64,000 nucleotides of DNA from the human T2T-CHM13v2.0 reference genome, Homo sapiens. Positions 25,616 through 38,136 of this stretch are shown piece after piece. Location: the NCBI RefSeq assembly GCF_009914755.1, contig NC_060927.1; one strand, written 5' to 3'. The notes under the pieces were generated by a model. The model saw nothing but the letters and a program-made list of their open reading frames with translations. It ran no database searches and was not told the origin of the DNA. The position numbers and the translations under genes are program-made. Each line of letters opens with the position of its first letter. Position 1 is the stretch's first letter.

Positions 25616-28289
25616 CTTACCTTGCACTCGTTGTTTCCTCTCCTCCAAAGAAAATGATGTTTCAAGTGCCGATTTAAAAAAGGTGGCAGTTTAGATAGAA
25701 GGTGGATTTTGTTCTTCCAGAATGTAGAAGAGTAGCATCACAATTAATTTCCTACTGTGATATTTCAAGTGAGTTTTAACCTGACCAGCATCTTGGTGAA
25801 GTAATCCCAGGAAAAGGGATTGCATACAATGTTTCCAGAAAAAAATGAGCAAACTTAAAAATCACATACTAGAAATCTCTAAAACCCTTTTGTCTACTTA
25901 TTATAGGAGATATTTAAAAATTAGGCTACACAAACCTGGCTCCTGTCACCATCTTGATGGTTCTTCTCTCCGTATTTCAACTCGGATATACTTGCCCAAC
26001 TCTTCCTTTAAATTATTTCTCATCTGATATTCAGGGAATCTCAACTCTTACTTGTCCCTACTTCTAAACTCAGTTCCAGGCCTAATTTTTCCTATAAAAT
26101 AATCTTCATGCTTAGTTGAATAAACATCTGTCTGCTAATTGAACTCATAATCTTTGTAGAAGAGTTGTGCTTTGAAAAAATATTTTTCTCATGTTAAATT
26201 GGCATAGCATTAGTTGGCCTATGTATTCATGTGATACATTCTATAGAAACAACTCTAGTTACCTTTTTGCCTGTTATCGATGAGCTTGAGTTAAGATCTG
26301 CTGTAGAAGGAAGCTAGTTTCAAGGTCCGGTATAATGTGACGTTGTACAAACAATATTTTATTCTTTATGAAGGTGTCTGAGGGCAACTGAAAAGAGATA
26401 TGGTATTTGGGAGAAATAGACAGTTTTAAATAAGTTCTAAAAATTTATAATTTTATCTAGTGATAAATGCTTTAAAAACATAAAAAGAAAAGCAATCATT
26501 TCCTTAACACAATTACTGCAAACTGTGCAAGGCTCTGTCATCAGCTTTTACATGGAAAGATTTCTATGTCTGTAAGAAGCCACCCATCAAGTGCTGATAT
26601 CTATAATTCAGCTCTTGTTAGTGAAGTAAGGTAAATTCAGGAACAAACAATTTCAGAAGATGGCTTGCAACATTTGGTCTGTGAAAAAGTAATGTCTGCC
26701 TGTTTACCAGTTATGCCTTTATAAATTATTTCCCGTAGCAACCTTTAACAAAGCTTTTTTTTTTCTTTTGAATGTGAAAATCTTGTGACATAAACCTAAG
26801 TGTAATTATATAATATTTTAAGAAACAAGTTATTAATGGATAATTGAATAATATTGACAGCCTAAGGAATGAATCTAAAGAGGTTGACAGAACTGCAGAT
26901 TTTGGTTTCAAACTCATGTTTGTTTAATTTCTTTTTGGAATAAATCTAGAATTACAAACACAAACTTATGAAAATTTGTATATATGAGTTACATCATTAA
27001 CATATCATTTTAGAAATGTTACTCTAGTTTTTTCTAAAATTATTCTTCTAAATAATCTTAACTATTATGTAATTAATTCAGAAAAATTGTATATAACACA
27101 ATCATAATCAGAAAAATCACATTTTCTAGAGAAGAGCAACAACTATATTACAATATAAATAATAAGGTTGACTTATATTTGAAAATATTTTGTAAATGTT
27201 GCTTAAATAAATTGTAGTTAGCTCTCTGTGACATTTAGTATTCTGGATAATCCATGCTTCTCTTTCTTGCATCAGCATGCTTTAAAAGCAAACCAAATTG
27301 TATTTTTCCTTTTCAAAAGTTAAGACTTGCTAACCTACATAAGAGTAATAAAAATATCAGTTTTAGTTAACATGTTATTACTTTAATCCTTTAAATTCTA
27401 TTTTTAAATATTTATATCTCTACTATCATAGCTTAAATATAAATTGAGATGGACTTTATTTGGTGAATTCTGTTTTCTTGTCAATTGTATAACTAATATA
27501 CAAACTTGACTGAAGAAAATATCTTTGCTCTGCAATAATTCTAACTGTGTTAAATAGTGTAAATGCCCAGACATGATGAATGTTCTTTACTTTCTATAAA
27601 ATGGTAGTAATAATAGTGGTAGTAGTGGGAGCAGTATTAGTGGTAGCAAGTAATAAGCATTGGTATAACTTTTAGTTATACAAAAATATTGACATATTTT
27701 GACGTATTCCTTATGTCATTTATGAAGAGTGTGCTTTTCCACCAAGATTATTTGGTAGAACTCCAAACGAGTTTTCTGACCTTCATATTTACATTCTTTG
27801 TATTATGCTAGATGTTGCTGGCGGTAGTAGGCAAGGTTTAATAGTCTTGATTTTACCCAATGAAGAAGCTGAAATCATGGGAAGTCAGTGAGGCATTCAC
27901 TAAAATTCATTTATTCTACATACATAATTTGTGGCAATTTGCTAGTTGCTGCAAAGGAACAAGAATATATCAGCTACAGTTTCATGGTAAGCATTCTAAA
28001 TATTTTCACATAACAAATGCCCATTTTAAGTAAAAATAGTCTTTTCCACAAAAATTAAAAAACCCAAAGGAATTTATAAAACATTGTTTTTGATATTCAT
28101 GCAAAATTATGAAAACCATGAATATTTAAAATCTTGTTTTTGCTTTTTTGATATAAGGTTACTGGAGTATTTGTTAGACATTGTAATTTATTAAATATTG
28201 CCTTAATGCCAAGAGTTAGAAGTGACATTCTAATGGTCCCTGGCAAGTGTCTGTTTAGATATAAGGAAGAATGAATACTCCATAGCCTT

Positions 28290-28430
28290 TGGAGTTAATA
28301 TGTGATCCAGGAACTAGCAATCAATAGCAAGTAGGTGCTAGATAAAAATGCAGACTTTCAGGTCCTTCTCCAGCCTTACTGAATCAGAATCTGTATTTTA
28401 ACAAAATAATTCCTATGCTAATAATGCACT
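28290..28430. mobile_element. MER5A fragment
   Basis: aaatgcagactttcagg...ccagccttactgaatcagaatctgtattttaacaa. Confidence 0.7.
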
Positions 28431-28435
28431 AGCCC

Positions 28436-28813
28436 TGTTATGGTTTGGCTCTGTGTTCGCACCCAAATCTCACCCTGAATTGTAGTTCCCATAATCCCCA
28501 CATGTTGTAGGAGGGACCCAGTGGGAGGTAATTTAATCATGGGGGGCAATTACCCTTATGTTGATCTTGTGATAGGGAGTGAGTTCTCATGAGATCTGGT
28601 GGCTTTATAAGGGACTTTCCCCCCTTTTGCTCAGCAGCTTTCCTTCCTGCCATCATGTGAAGAAGGATGAATTTGCTTTGCCTTCGCCATGATTGTAAGT
28701 TTCCTGAGGCCTCCCCAGTCCTATGGAACTGTGACTCAATTAAAGCTCTTTCCTTTATACATTACCCAATCTCAGGTATTGCTTTATTAGCAGTGTGAGA
28801 ATAGACTAACAGA
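28436..28813 (+). mobile_element. THE1C-like MaLR 5' LTR
   Basis: tgttatggtttggctctgtg...gtaagtttcctgaggcctccccag...ctttattagcagtgtgagaatagactaac. Confidence 0.9.
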
Positions 28814-30405
28814 GTAAATTGGTACCACGGGGGATGGGGGGGGGCGGTGGGGTGTGCTACTGTAAAAATACCTGAAAATGTGGAAGCAGCTTTGGAACTG
28901 GGTAACAGGCAGAGATTGGAACAGTTTGGAGGGCTCAGAAGAAGAAAGAAAAATGTGGGAAATTTTGGAAATTCCTAGAGACTTAGAGGGCTCAGAAGAC
29001 AGAAAGATGTGGGAAAGTTTGAAACTTCTTAGAGACTTGTTGAATGGCTTTGACTAAAATGCTGATAGTGATATGGACAATGAAGTCCAGGCTGAGGTGG
29101 TCTCAGATGTAGATGAAGAACTTGTTGGAAACTGGAGTAAAGGTGACTCTTGTTATGCTTTAGCAAAGAGGCTGCCCTTGCCCTAGAGATCTGTGGAAAT
29201 TTGAACTCAAGAGAGATGATTTAGGATATCTGGCAGAAGCAATTTCTAAGCTGCAAAGCGTTCAAGAGGAAGCAGAGTAAAAAGTTTGGAAAATTTGCAG
29301 CCTGACAATGCAATAGGAAAGAAAAACCCATTTTCTGAGGAGAAAGTCAAGCTGGCTGCAGAAATTTGCATAAGTAACAAGGAGCCAAATGTTAGTCATC
29401 AGGACAAGGGGGAAAATGTCTCCAGGGCGTATCAGAGACTTCTATGGCAGCCCCTCCCATCACAGGCCTGGGGGCATAAGAGGTAAAAATAGTTTCGTGG
29501 GCCATGCTCAGTGCACTGATGCTTTGCGTAGTCTTGGGACTTGGTCCTCTGTGTCCCAGTGGTGGCCAAAAGGGGCCAATGTACAGCTCAGGGCATTGCT
29601 TCAGTGGGTTCAAGCCCCAAGCCTTGATGCCTTCAACATGGTATTGGGCCTGTGGGTGCATGGAAGTCAAGAACTGAGGTTTGGGAACCTCCGCCTAGAT
29701 TTCAGAGGACGTCCGGTTTTATACCTGTATGTCCAGGCAGAAGTTTGGTGCAGGGGTGGAGCTCTCATGAAGAACCTCTGCTAAGGCAGTGCAGAAGGGA
29801 AATCTGGGGTCAGAACCTCCACACAGAGTACCCACTTGGTCACTGCCTAGTGGAGCTGTGAGAGGAGGGCCACCATCCCCCAGACCCCAGAATGGTATAT
29901 TCACTGAGAGATTGCACCATGCGCCTGGAAAAGCTGCAGACACTCACTGCCAGCCTGTAAAAGCAGCCAGAAGGGGGGCTGTGGGTTGCAAAGCCACAGG
30001 GGTAGAGCTGCACAAGACTGTGGGAGCCCATCTTTTGCATCAGCATTCCCTGGATGTGAGACATGGAGTCAAAGGAGATCATTTCAGAGCTTTAAGATTT
30101 GGCTGCCCCGCTGGATTTTAAACTTGCATGGGTCCTATAGCCCCTTTGTTTTAGCTAATTTCTCCCATTTGGAACGGCTGTATTTACCCAATGCTTGTAC
30201 CTCCAATGTATCTAGGAAGCAATTAACTTGCTTTTGATTTTACAGGCTCATAGGTTGAAGGGACTTGCCTTGTCTCAGATGAGACTTTGGACTGGGACTT
30301 TTGGGTTAGTGCTGGAATGAGTTAGGACTTTGGGGGACTGTTAAAAGGGCATGATTGTGTTTTAAAATGTGAGGACATGAGATTTGGGAGGGGCCAGAGG
30401 TAGAA
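28814..30405 (+). mobile_element. THE1-int internal region (non-coding, decayed)
   Basis: Begins gtaaattggtacc, contains ggaactgggtaacaggcagag, gaaaatttgcagcctgacaatg, ends with polypurine tract gatttgggaggggccagaggtagaa. Confidence 0.9.
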
Positions 30406-30565
30406 TGATATGCTTTGGCTCTGTGTCCCCACCCAGATCTTACCTTGAATTGTAGTTCCCATAATCCCCACATGTTGCGGGAGGGACTCAGTTGGAGGTA
30501 ATTTAATCATGGGGGCATTTGCCCTCATGCTGTTCTCGTGATAGTGAGTTCTCATGATATCTATT
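30406..30565 (+). mobile_element. THE1C-like 3' LTR, truncated
   Basis: Direct repeat of the first ~160 nt of the 5' LTR, then homology stops. Confidence 0.9.
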
Positions 30566-30614
30566 GGTAGGCCATATAGGTAATAAGAGGATAAATTATG
30601 GATTTATTAGAAGT

Positions 30615-30770
30615 AGTATGGTCTAAAACTATACTGGATATTGAGAAAACAGTTTGAGGGCTGAATATGCAACTGTTTAGTAGCTGTATGTTCTTTGGCA
30701 AAGAAGATAACCAAATGAGACTTAGCATCTTCATTTGTAAGACATGAGAATTAGACTAGATGTTCCTAAC
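30615..30770 (+). mobile_element. MIR fragment
   Basis: tagctgtatgttctttggcaaag...gacttagcatcttcatttgtaaga...ttagactagatg. Confidence 0.55.
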
Positions 30771-30952
30771 TTGTTTCCATTTCTTACTTGCATTTATTTT
30801 TCTAATTGGTATATAATTGACTAATGATATCTACAGATATTTATAATATTTATGTGCAGTTAAGTGATTTATAAAACAATTAACTTCTTTGAAATAAGTG
30901 TGGTCCAGCTTATTTCCCCTTGGGTCAGAACATCTGTTAAAATTTTAGCAAA

Positions 30953-31277
<325 letters not shown>

Positions 31278-31948
31278 TCATTGGTAACACAATTCTTTTA
31301 ACAATCTCAGTAAGCTATTGATTTACTTGTATTGTTGGATATTATGGTCCAATGGCTATTAACCAATATCACAGTTCATGTCCAAACATGATTCTCCAAT
31401 CTAGTCTTCACCTAGAAGGTTTCCAGCATTTCCAGCATGAGTCTTGGCACTTTGGTCATTGCATTTCCCTTCACTTCTTGTGTCTTCTTCCTACTACGCA
31501 ATGAGCTAGAGATGAGAATGTGTTATTTGCCTCCAGGCTCTTTCCCAGAAATGAGTTTTCATATAGATGTTATTTACTTTATTAGGCAACCAGTGCCCCA
31601 CAGCACATATTTAAGGTATCCAAAAGGATGCCTGGGAAGTACCTGGGAGAGTTTCCCTTTTCCCAATTCTGTGGCTCTTCTCTGTCCCAAATCATATCTC
31701 ACGTTCTGCTTTTTAATCTCTCTAACGTGGTCTACACTGACTTTAATTTAGGGCAGAAAATTCATCGTTTGTAAGCCTCAAAATTACTTGTTATTCAGAC
31801 TAGCTAAATAGCTGGCTCTCTGAACGAGGATGTTCTCTATACCTTTCATTATCAGATGGGCCTGGATTACAGCTTTTCCAGGAAGTTTTTATTGATGATG
31901 TCAAGAAATTTGTGAAACCCTTTAGACCTTGGTATTCTTCTAAATTGA

Positions 31949-32299
<351 letters not shown>

Positions 32300-32480
32300 G
32301 AGTAGGAACATTTTTTAAGACCTTTTTAAATAATAGGTGGCAGCTTGACATCTTCCTTGGCTATTGCTTCCTTGGCTATTGCTTTACATGCATGATGAAT
32401 GTTTCAACCAAGGATAGAGGGACTCCTCACTATTCAGCACTGTACCTTCTAAATATTGTTAATTATTCCTGAAAGAAAGG

Positions 32481-32556
32481 TTTGATAGGATATTGCATCT
32501 ATAGAACAAGAAAAGGCTGCCATTTTCTTGTTCTATAGATGGAATATCTTCTCAAA
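32481..32556. repeat. Imperfect inverted repeat / hairpin (about 34-bp arms, 19-bp perfect core)
   Basis: tttgataggatattgcatctatagaacaagaaaa ... ttttcttgttctatagatggaatatcttctcaaa. Confidence 0.9.
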
Positions 32557-32699
32557 TCTATACATACATATGTGTATTATATAAACAGCAGCCTTTGCTG
32601 CTGCTTATCTTATTGTATAAAATAGAAATATATATGAGCATTTATATATTTTCATTATATATACTATACATATAACAAGATAATGCTCCTAAAGTTAAA

Positions 32700-33400
32700 A
32701 TGGAAGTTGCTGAAGAGTCATATTCAGCAGGAGGGCTGAAAAATCTATTAGTCATCCATAGGATAAATTGATCAATTTGAGAATATTTACCAACATACTG
32801 ATGAGACAAAGAAATGGAAAATGAGAAAATGTAAGCGACCTGGAGACCAGTTATAGAGTATCCAATATCAGGCTAGTAAAAATTTTAGAAGGAGAAAATA
32901 AAGCTAGAAGAGGAAAGTATATGTAAGATAAATTTTCAGATTTTTAGAAGAGTCAATCTAATGCAAAGGAACAACTAAAACGAAGTAGTAACAACAATGT
33001 TCAAAAACAACATGGAAAAAAAAACCTTACACATATAGACACCACCCTGCACCCTTCCTCATCCACATACACCCCATCCACTGAAATGGTGACATTGCAG
33101 ATCTTCAAGGATTAAGAGAAAATCCAAAAACTTCCAGAAAACAAAAACAAATGAGCTGTCTTCTAAATATAGGGATGACTTTATTTAAAGTCTGTTTAGA
33201 CTTCAAATTAGCAATACTAAATGGCAGAAGATAATAAAACTAAGACTTCAAAATTTGGGAAGTTATTTTAAGATGCATTCTACTAAAGCAACATAAAATT
33301 TGAGATAAATGAACAATTGAACTTCAGAATTAGTGGAAGAAATCCTGGAATATAAAAAATTAAATTCCAGGATAACAGCAAATACAGAAAGTTGTAGGGA
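32700..33400 (+). mobile_element. Ancient L1 ORF1-like / HAL1-like fragment
   Basis: Purine-rich degenerate ORF1-like motifs (gacaaagaaatggaaaat, tccaatatcaggcta, tagacttcaaattagcaatacta). Confidence 0.5.
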
Positions 33401-33429
33401 ATTGGTTCCAGTTAGAATATTAAGTTTGG

Positions 33430-33546
33430 GGCTGGTCTGAAGGTAGTGAATTATCTCAGTCAATTGTTCACAGTCAGTTACAGATTGAGCTCCTTGTTCT
33501 ACTCTTTCCTTTTTCCCTTCTTCTCACTACTGCACTTGATAGTCTT
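33430..33546 (+). pseudogene. Y_RNA: Y RNA (hY1/RNY1-derived) processed pseudogene
   Basis: ggctggtctgaaggtagtgaattatctc...ttgttcacagtcagttacagattgagctccttgttctactctttcc...cttctcactactgcacttgatagtctt is a full-length copy of hY1 with roughly 7-8 substitutions and indels; short A-rich tail; TSD aatattaagtttgg. Confidence 0.93.
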
Positions 33547-33558
33547 AAGAAAAGAATA

Positions 33559-33876
33559 TTGGAGACTATTATTTTAAGTGAGGTAACTCAGGAATGGAAA
33601 ACCAAACATTGTATGTTCTCACTCTTAGGTGGGAGCTAAGCTACGAGGATGCAAAGGCATAAGAATGACACAATGGACTTTGGGGATTCATGGGGAAAGG
33701 GTTGGAAGGGGGTGAAGGATAAAAGACTACAAACAGGGTACAGTGTATACTACCCAGCTGATGGGTGCACCAAAATCTCGCAAATCACCACTAAGGAACT
33801 TACTCATGTAACCAAACTTCACCTGTTCCCCAATAAACTATGGAAGTAAAATTAAAAAAGACTAATTTATTAAAAA
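33559..33876 (+). mobile_element. L1PB (L1PB1-like) 3' end
   Basis: ttggagactattattttaagtgaggtaactcaggaatggaaaaccaaac...caaatcaccactaaggaacttactcatgtaaccaaa...ccccaataaactatgga plus A-rich tail. Confidence 0.9.
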
Positions 33877-34644
33877 ATATTAAGTTTGGGGTTTTAAAAT
33901 AAAGTTAGAAGCCATTACATAAATTACATGGATAAGAATCTAGAAATTCTTGATGAGTTGTGGGCACAGGTCTTCTGCCAACAGCAACAAAAAAGAAAAC
34001 TAATTTGAACTTCTGGAAAAGATAAAGTTGTAAAAAATATTCCCAAAGTGAAGCAAGTAAAAATGTGGCATACTTTTAGAAAAATTAAGCAGCTATATAT
34101 TGGTTATATGACTCAGGAAAAAGAAGAGGTCCTATTGATAGTCTAAATTTATGTGAAATGGTTTTGGATTTATAATAGATAAGGCTCAAGCCATTTTCCC
34201 ATGATATAATGTTGTTTTTTCCTGTAAAATATGTTATTTTTATAAGATATTTTGATTGTGTTAAAACATTTCTGTTTCAGTTTCCTTAAAATATCTATAT
34301 TTTATTCTTGTAGTTTGTTTTTTAGACACTTGAGCTGGCTTTTCATTTTTATGAGATTCCTTACTATGTAATTTTTGTAGAAAAATTGAACTATGCTCAT
34401 TTACTGAATGAATAATTAAAAAGTATATATTAGTAACACCTACCAGTTAATATTTTCACAATTGTTTTAATGAAAGGAATGTTTTAGGAAACAATTTTAA
34501 TTATAAACAGTTATCTAAGTTTCAGTAATTATTTAATTCCATATATCAATTGATATCTATTTTACTCAAAAATAGTTATTAAATATATAATACATATAAG
34601 CAGAAATAAAAATTTGAAATCTATCATCTATCTGAAATCTATGG

Positions 34645-34885
34645 CATAAAGTATCTAATGTACAACATGAAGACTACTTTTAGTAATATTGTATTGTATA
34701 CTGGTAATTTGCCAAGAGAGTACATTTTAGGTACTCTTACTAACACAAAAAGGAGAGGCAACTATATGTTAAGCAACTGTTAACTTGCTTAACTGTAGTA
34801 ATCACTTCACTGTGTATATATATGAAGATAAGTATATCAAAACATGCTGCAAACTTTAAATATATACAACAAAATAGCTATAAAA
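34645..34885 (+). mobile_element. L1MB-like 3' end
   Basis: tctaatgtacaacatg...aatattgtattgtatactg...tgttaacttgcttaactgtagtaatcacttcac. Confidence 0.75.
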
Positions 34886-35059
34886 ACAATTGAATACTTT
34901 TTTTCTAAATACATACAAACTAATTTAGGAATAAAAACATTTAAAATAAAAAGAAACTCTTGAAATCTTAGCAATAATTTAAAAATGATATTATATTATT
35001 ATATGGTATTATATTAATGATATTAAAATAATTAATTGCTTTATAATATTATAATATAA

Positions 35060-35720
35060 ATCCTGTAAATGAGCTTGGATTAACTGATTCCCTGGTCATT
35101 ACATATTTAGGTTGCTTCTAAAACTTTAATACTATTAAGAATAAGAGTTCTGGTTCACAGCTCATATATCTTTCTCCTCATATTTTTGATTAGTGCTAAT
35201 ACCTGGAAGCAGAACGAGTCTGAGTACAAACAAATATCAGGCTGTATGTATTGGCTAGACAGTATTTTAAAAATTTTATACTGAATTATACTATTATCCA
35301 AGGTTATAAAGATTTGGTCCCTGTAGACCTTCATAAGAATTGACTATTATTTTGAAAAGGTAAATTTGTTAAACTTAAAATGATAAAAGATAGCTGTTTT
35401 CTTTTATAAATTTAGTGGTCACTTTTTTATTTTATTACTTAGTGATCCCGACTTAATAAGTATTTTAAAAATTGCATTCTTTTAATTGCTATTTATGCCT
35501 TTGTTCTGTTTTTTCTGTTATTTAGTTGTATGGTTTTCTTTTTGATTTGTACACCCTATATATAGCAAAGATAATTTTTTGGTGACATTTAATTTCAATT
35601 ACTAAGTTGTTTTAAATATTATTTACAATATTTTTAACCTGAGATAGTTTTGATTTTTAAGTAACCATTTTTGTTACTTCTTACATGTTTTGTACACATA
35701 AGTTCCTTCTGTCTCAATAT
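35060..35720 (-). mobile_element. Degenerate L1M fragment
   Basis: catatttaggttgcttc, atacctggaag, T-rich antisense L1 motifs. Confidence 0.45.
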
Positions 35721-35799
35721 CTAGTTAATTTTGAGGTGTTTAGTTTTTCTATTTTTATAATTTAACTCCATATGAAAGTCAAATTTAAATAGCACAACT

Positions 35800-36190
35800 T
35801 TAGGGTCTTATTCTTGGTTGCAAGCAAGTAAAATACATTGATTTGAGCAGGAAATAAATTTATTGATTTCTGAAAAGGCAGCAGAACTAGAATTGGAAAA
35901 GAATCAGGAATAAAAGAGCCGTGGCTGCAGCTAGCATCACAGTGAAAATATCACATACTTCTCCCTTGGGGACGTTGTGCTTTCTGTTGCTAAAAACAGA
36001 GCAGACACATCCTGTACCACCTGCCACTGCTAGGCTTGGATGCTGATCTTGATTACTTATAGCTGTTGCCTCTGCCCACAGAAATTGTTGCTTCTGCTGC
36101 TGCTGTCTCCACTGGACTGGGTACTCTCCAGTTCCTATGGATTAGTTCAGTACAAAATCTTAGTTTGTGATCAGGACTGGTCATTTACTC
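35800..36190. mobile_element. Old MLT1-family LTR fragment
   Basis: ttaggg...ttcttggttgcaagcaa...gagcaggaaataaatttattg typical of an old MLT1 LTR end. Confidence 0.5.
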
Positions 36191-36214
36191 TTGTCTAGAA
36201 CTTACTATATATCA

Positions 36215-37911
36215 CGCTGTTAAAAAATGTGTTATTTTTGAGTCATTTTTGAGCCCAGATTTTTTGTTATTTCAAGCCAAAAATATCTCAACAGGAACAA
36301 AATTTAGATAAAAAAATGAGATGTTCCAAATAACAGACCTAAAATGTAGACTTGGGGGCATGGAGGAGATTGGGTAGTAAGGATCCTTTGTTTGCAATGT
36401 GGAAGTTGATGGCCATCACAAAGTGACAAGAAGTATTCGAGTGCACTGTTTCCTGCTGCGTTTGGCTATACAAACTACCTGTCTAACAATACTGGAGCAG
36501 AAAGAAAAAGTAGGGTATTATGGTGTATTAGTATTTTTCAGTCTTTGTAGGTCTGGTAAAGAGATTAAGTGAGGTGGTCCATCCAAATGCAGAAAAAAAA
36601 AATAAAATATTTGTCTTCCTGAGAGAGGATCTCTCTACCTATTGTCTACATCTGAGCTAACTTTGTGTCCACCAGTCTGCCAAAATGGAGAAAGTTGAAT
36701 TCCAAGCTAAAGTTAGGATAGGCAAAGTCAGAAAAATAGGAAACTTAGCTAGAAAACGAAACCAAAACCAAAAACAAACAACCCTAAATTCCTAGGCCTC
36801 GACCAAGCATCTTCTCTTAATCATTCTCTTCCCAGAAAAAATCCAAACCAAACCAAAACAAAAATCAGGGTTGCTATGAAAACCAGTTGTAATGCAAAGC
36901 AGGTTGCATTTATAGTTTCCCCACCCAATGCTACTTTAACAGTTATTTCAAGGTAGAGTCAGGACAGTCAGAAAATGAAGCCACTCACAGAAGTACCTGT
37001 ATGGTGGGGCATGGACATTTAAAGATTCAAAACTATGATAATTACTTTGATCATCCATACTAGCTCTTGGAATTAGGGGAAGACCAAAAGACTGATAAAG
37101 GTACTGATGGATTGCTGTATTGTCAAAAAGAGATCCCAAGGCTGAGTGATGATAATCTAAAAAGTTCAATACCTAAGGCAAATTTTATCAGAATTTATCA
37201 CCAAGCTTCACTCTCCCCTGCCCCCGCAAAGGCTCTTAGAGCTCCTTAGTCCCATGTCAGATGTGGCCTAGGAGGACAAATCCAGGGTCTTTGAAGGGTG
37301 ATGGGCAGGAGAGTTCCCATGAGAAAGCAAAATACCAAGCAGGTTCTGTTGTTTGCCTGCAAATACCATTCCATCCCATTTCCTACTTTCTAAATGTAAA
37401 TTGTGAAATATTCCCCATATTGTTGAAGTATCCATTCTTCCCCACCTTCCCAGGTGCCTCTGGGGATACCTATTTTGTCCTCCACTCCCTGGGTTGGAAG
37501 TTGAATATTTACTTCTGTTTTCATCATCTCAGCACTCTTCACAGAAATTCATTTAGGAATGGGCAAGTGAACTGATTATGGCCAGGAAAATATGAGAAGA
37601 AGTTCACTGGTGGGCTTCTGAGAAAAATTTAATTATTCTTAAGAAAGAGGCACAAGAAGAAAATGGTCTCTTGGCCGTCTCTGAAAGTTTCCATGTGTGT
37701 CTATATGATCTTCTAAGAATTTCTATAGTTATCTATCAACCAAACTGAGGTTGAAGCCAAGGTGAAGAGAGAGGCAGAGCCAATACCGAGGTTTATGGAG
37801 AAGGGAATTCAGAGGTTACCTTCACTTAAACCATCTTCCTGGATTGAAAGCTATATGAAATATTTCCTCTTTTCTATTACTTGCGGCCTTTAAAAATATA
37901 CTAACTGAACA
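36215..37911 (+). mobile_element. Old MLT1 (J/H/I-like) provirus relic: LTR end, internal region, LTR
   Basis: LTR-end-like ttttgttatttcaagccaaaaatatc followed by taacagacctaaaatgt (MaLR-int start); second LTR ends ttctattacttgcggcc...ctaactgaaca. Confidence 0.5.
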
Positions 37912-38106
37912 TTCTAATGGCACGTAGAGTACAACATGAACACAGCTTAAAGTCAAACAGAATCATTGTTACATGGTGAGGATTTGTAGTAACTTAGTAT
38001 GAGTTTTCTCTTAGCTAAATAAGATCTGTCTCTTAAAGATTATAGATCTGAATCAGCAGAATATTTTTAAACTTATGATTAATGAAAGATGTTTTGAGAT
38101 AAATTT

Positions 38107-38136
38107 TAATGTGCATTATATATATAATGCACATTA
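38107..38136. repeat. Perfect 30-bp palindrome
   Basis: taatgtgcattatatatataatgcacatta equals its own reverse complement. Confidence 0.95.

Noticed and set aside
28928-29040. About 55-bp tandem duplication in THE1 internal region
   Set aside because: I recall it as a feature of this subfamily's internal consensus; not treated as locus-specific without alignment
29286-30555. Dense overlapping ORFs on both strands
   Set aside because: All within GC-richer decayed THE1 internal/LTR sequence; fragmented and not a functional gene
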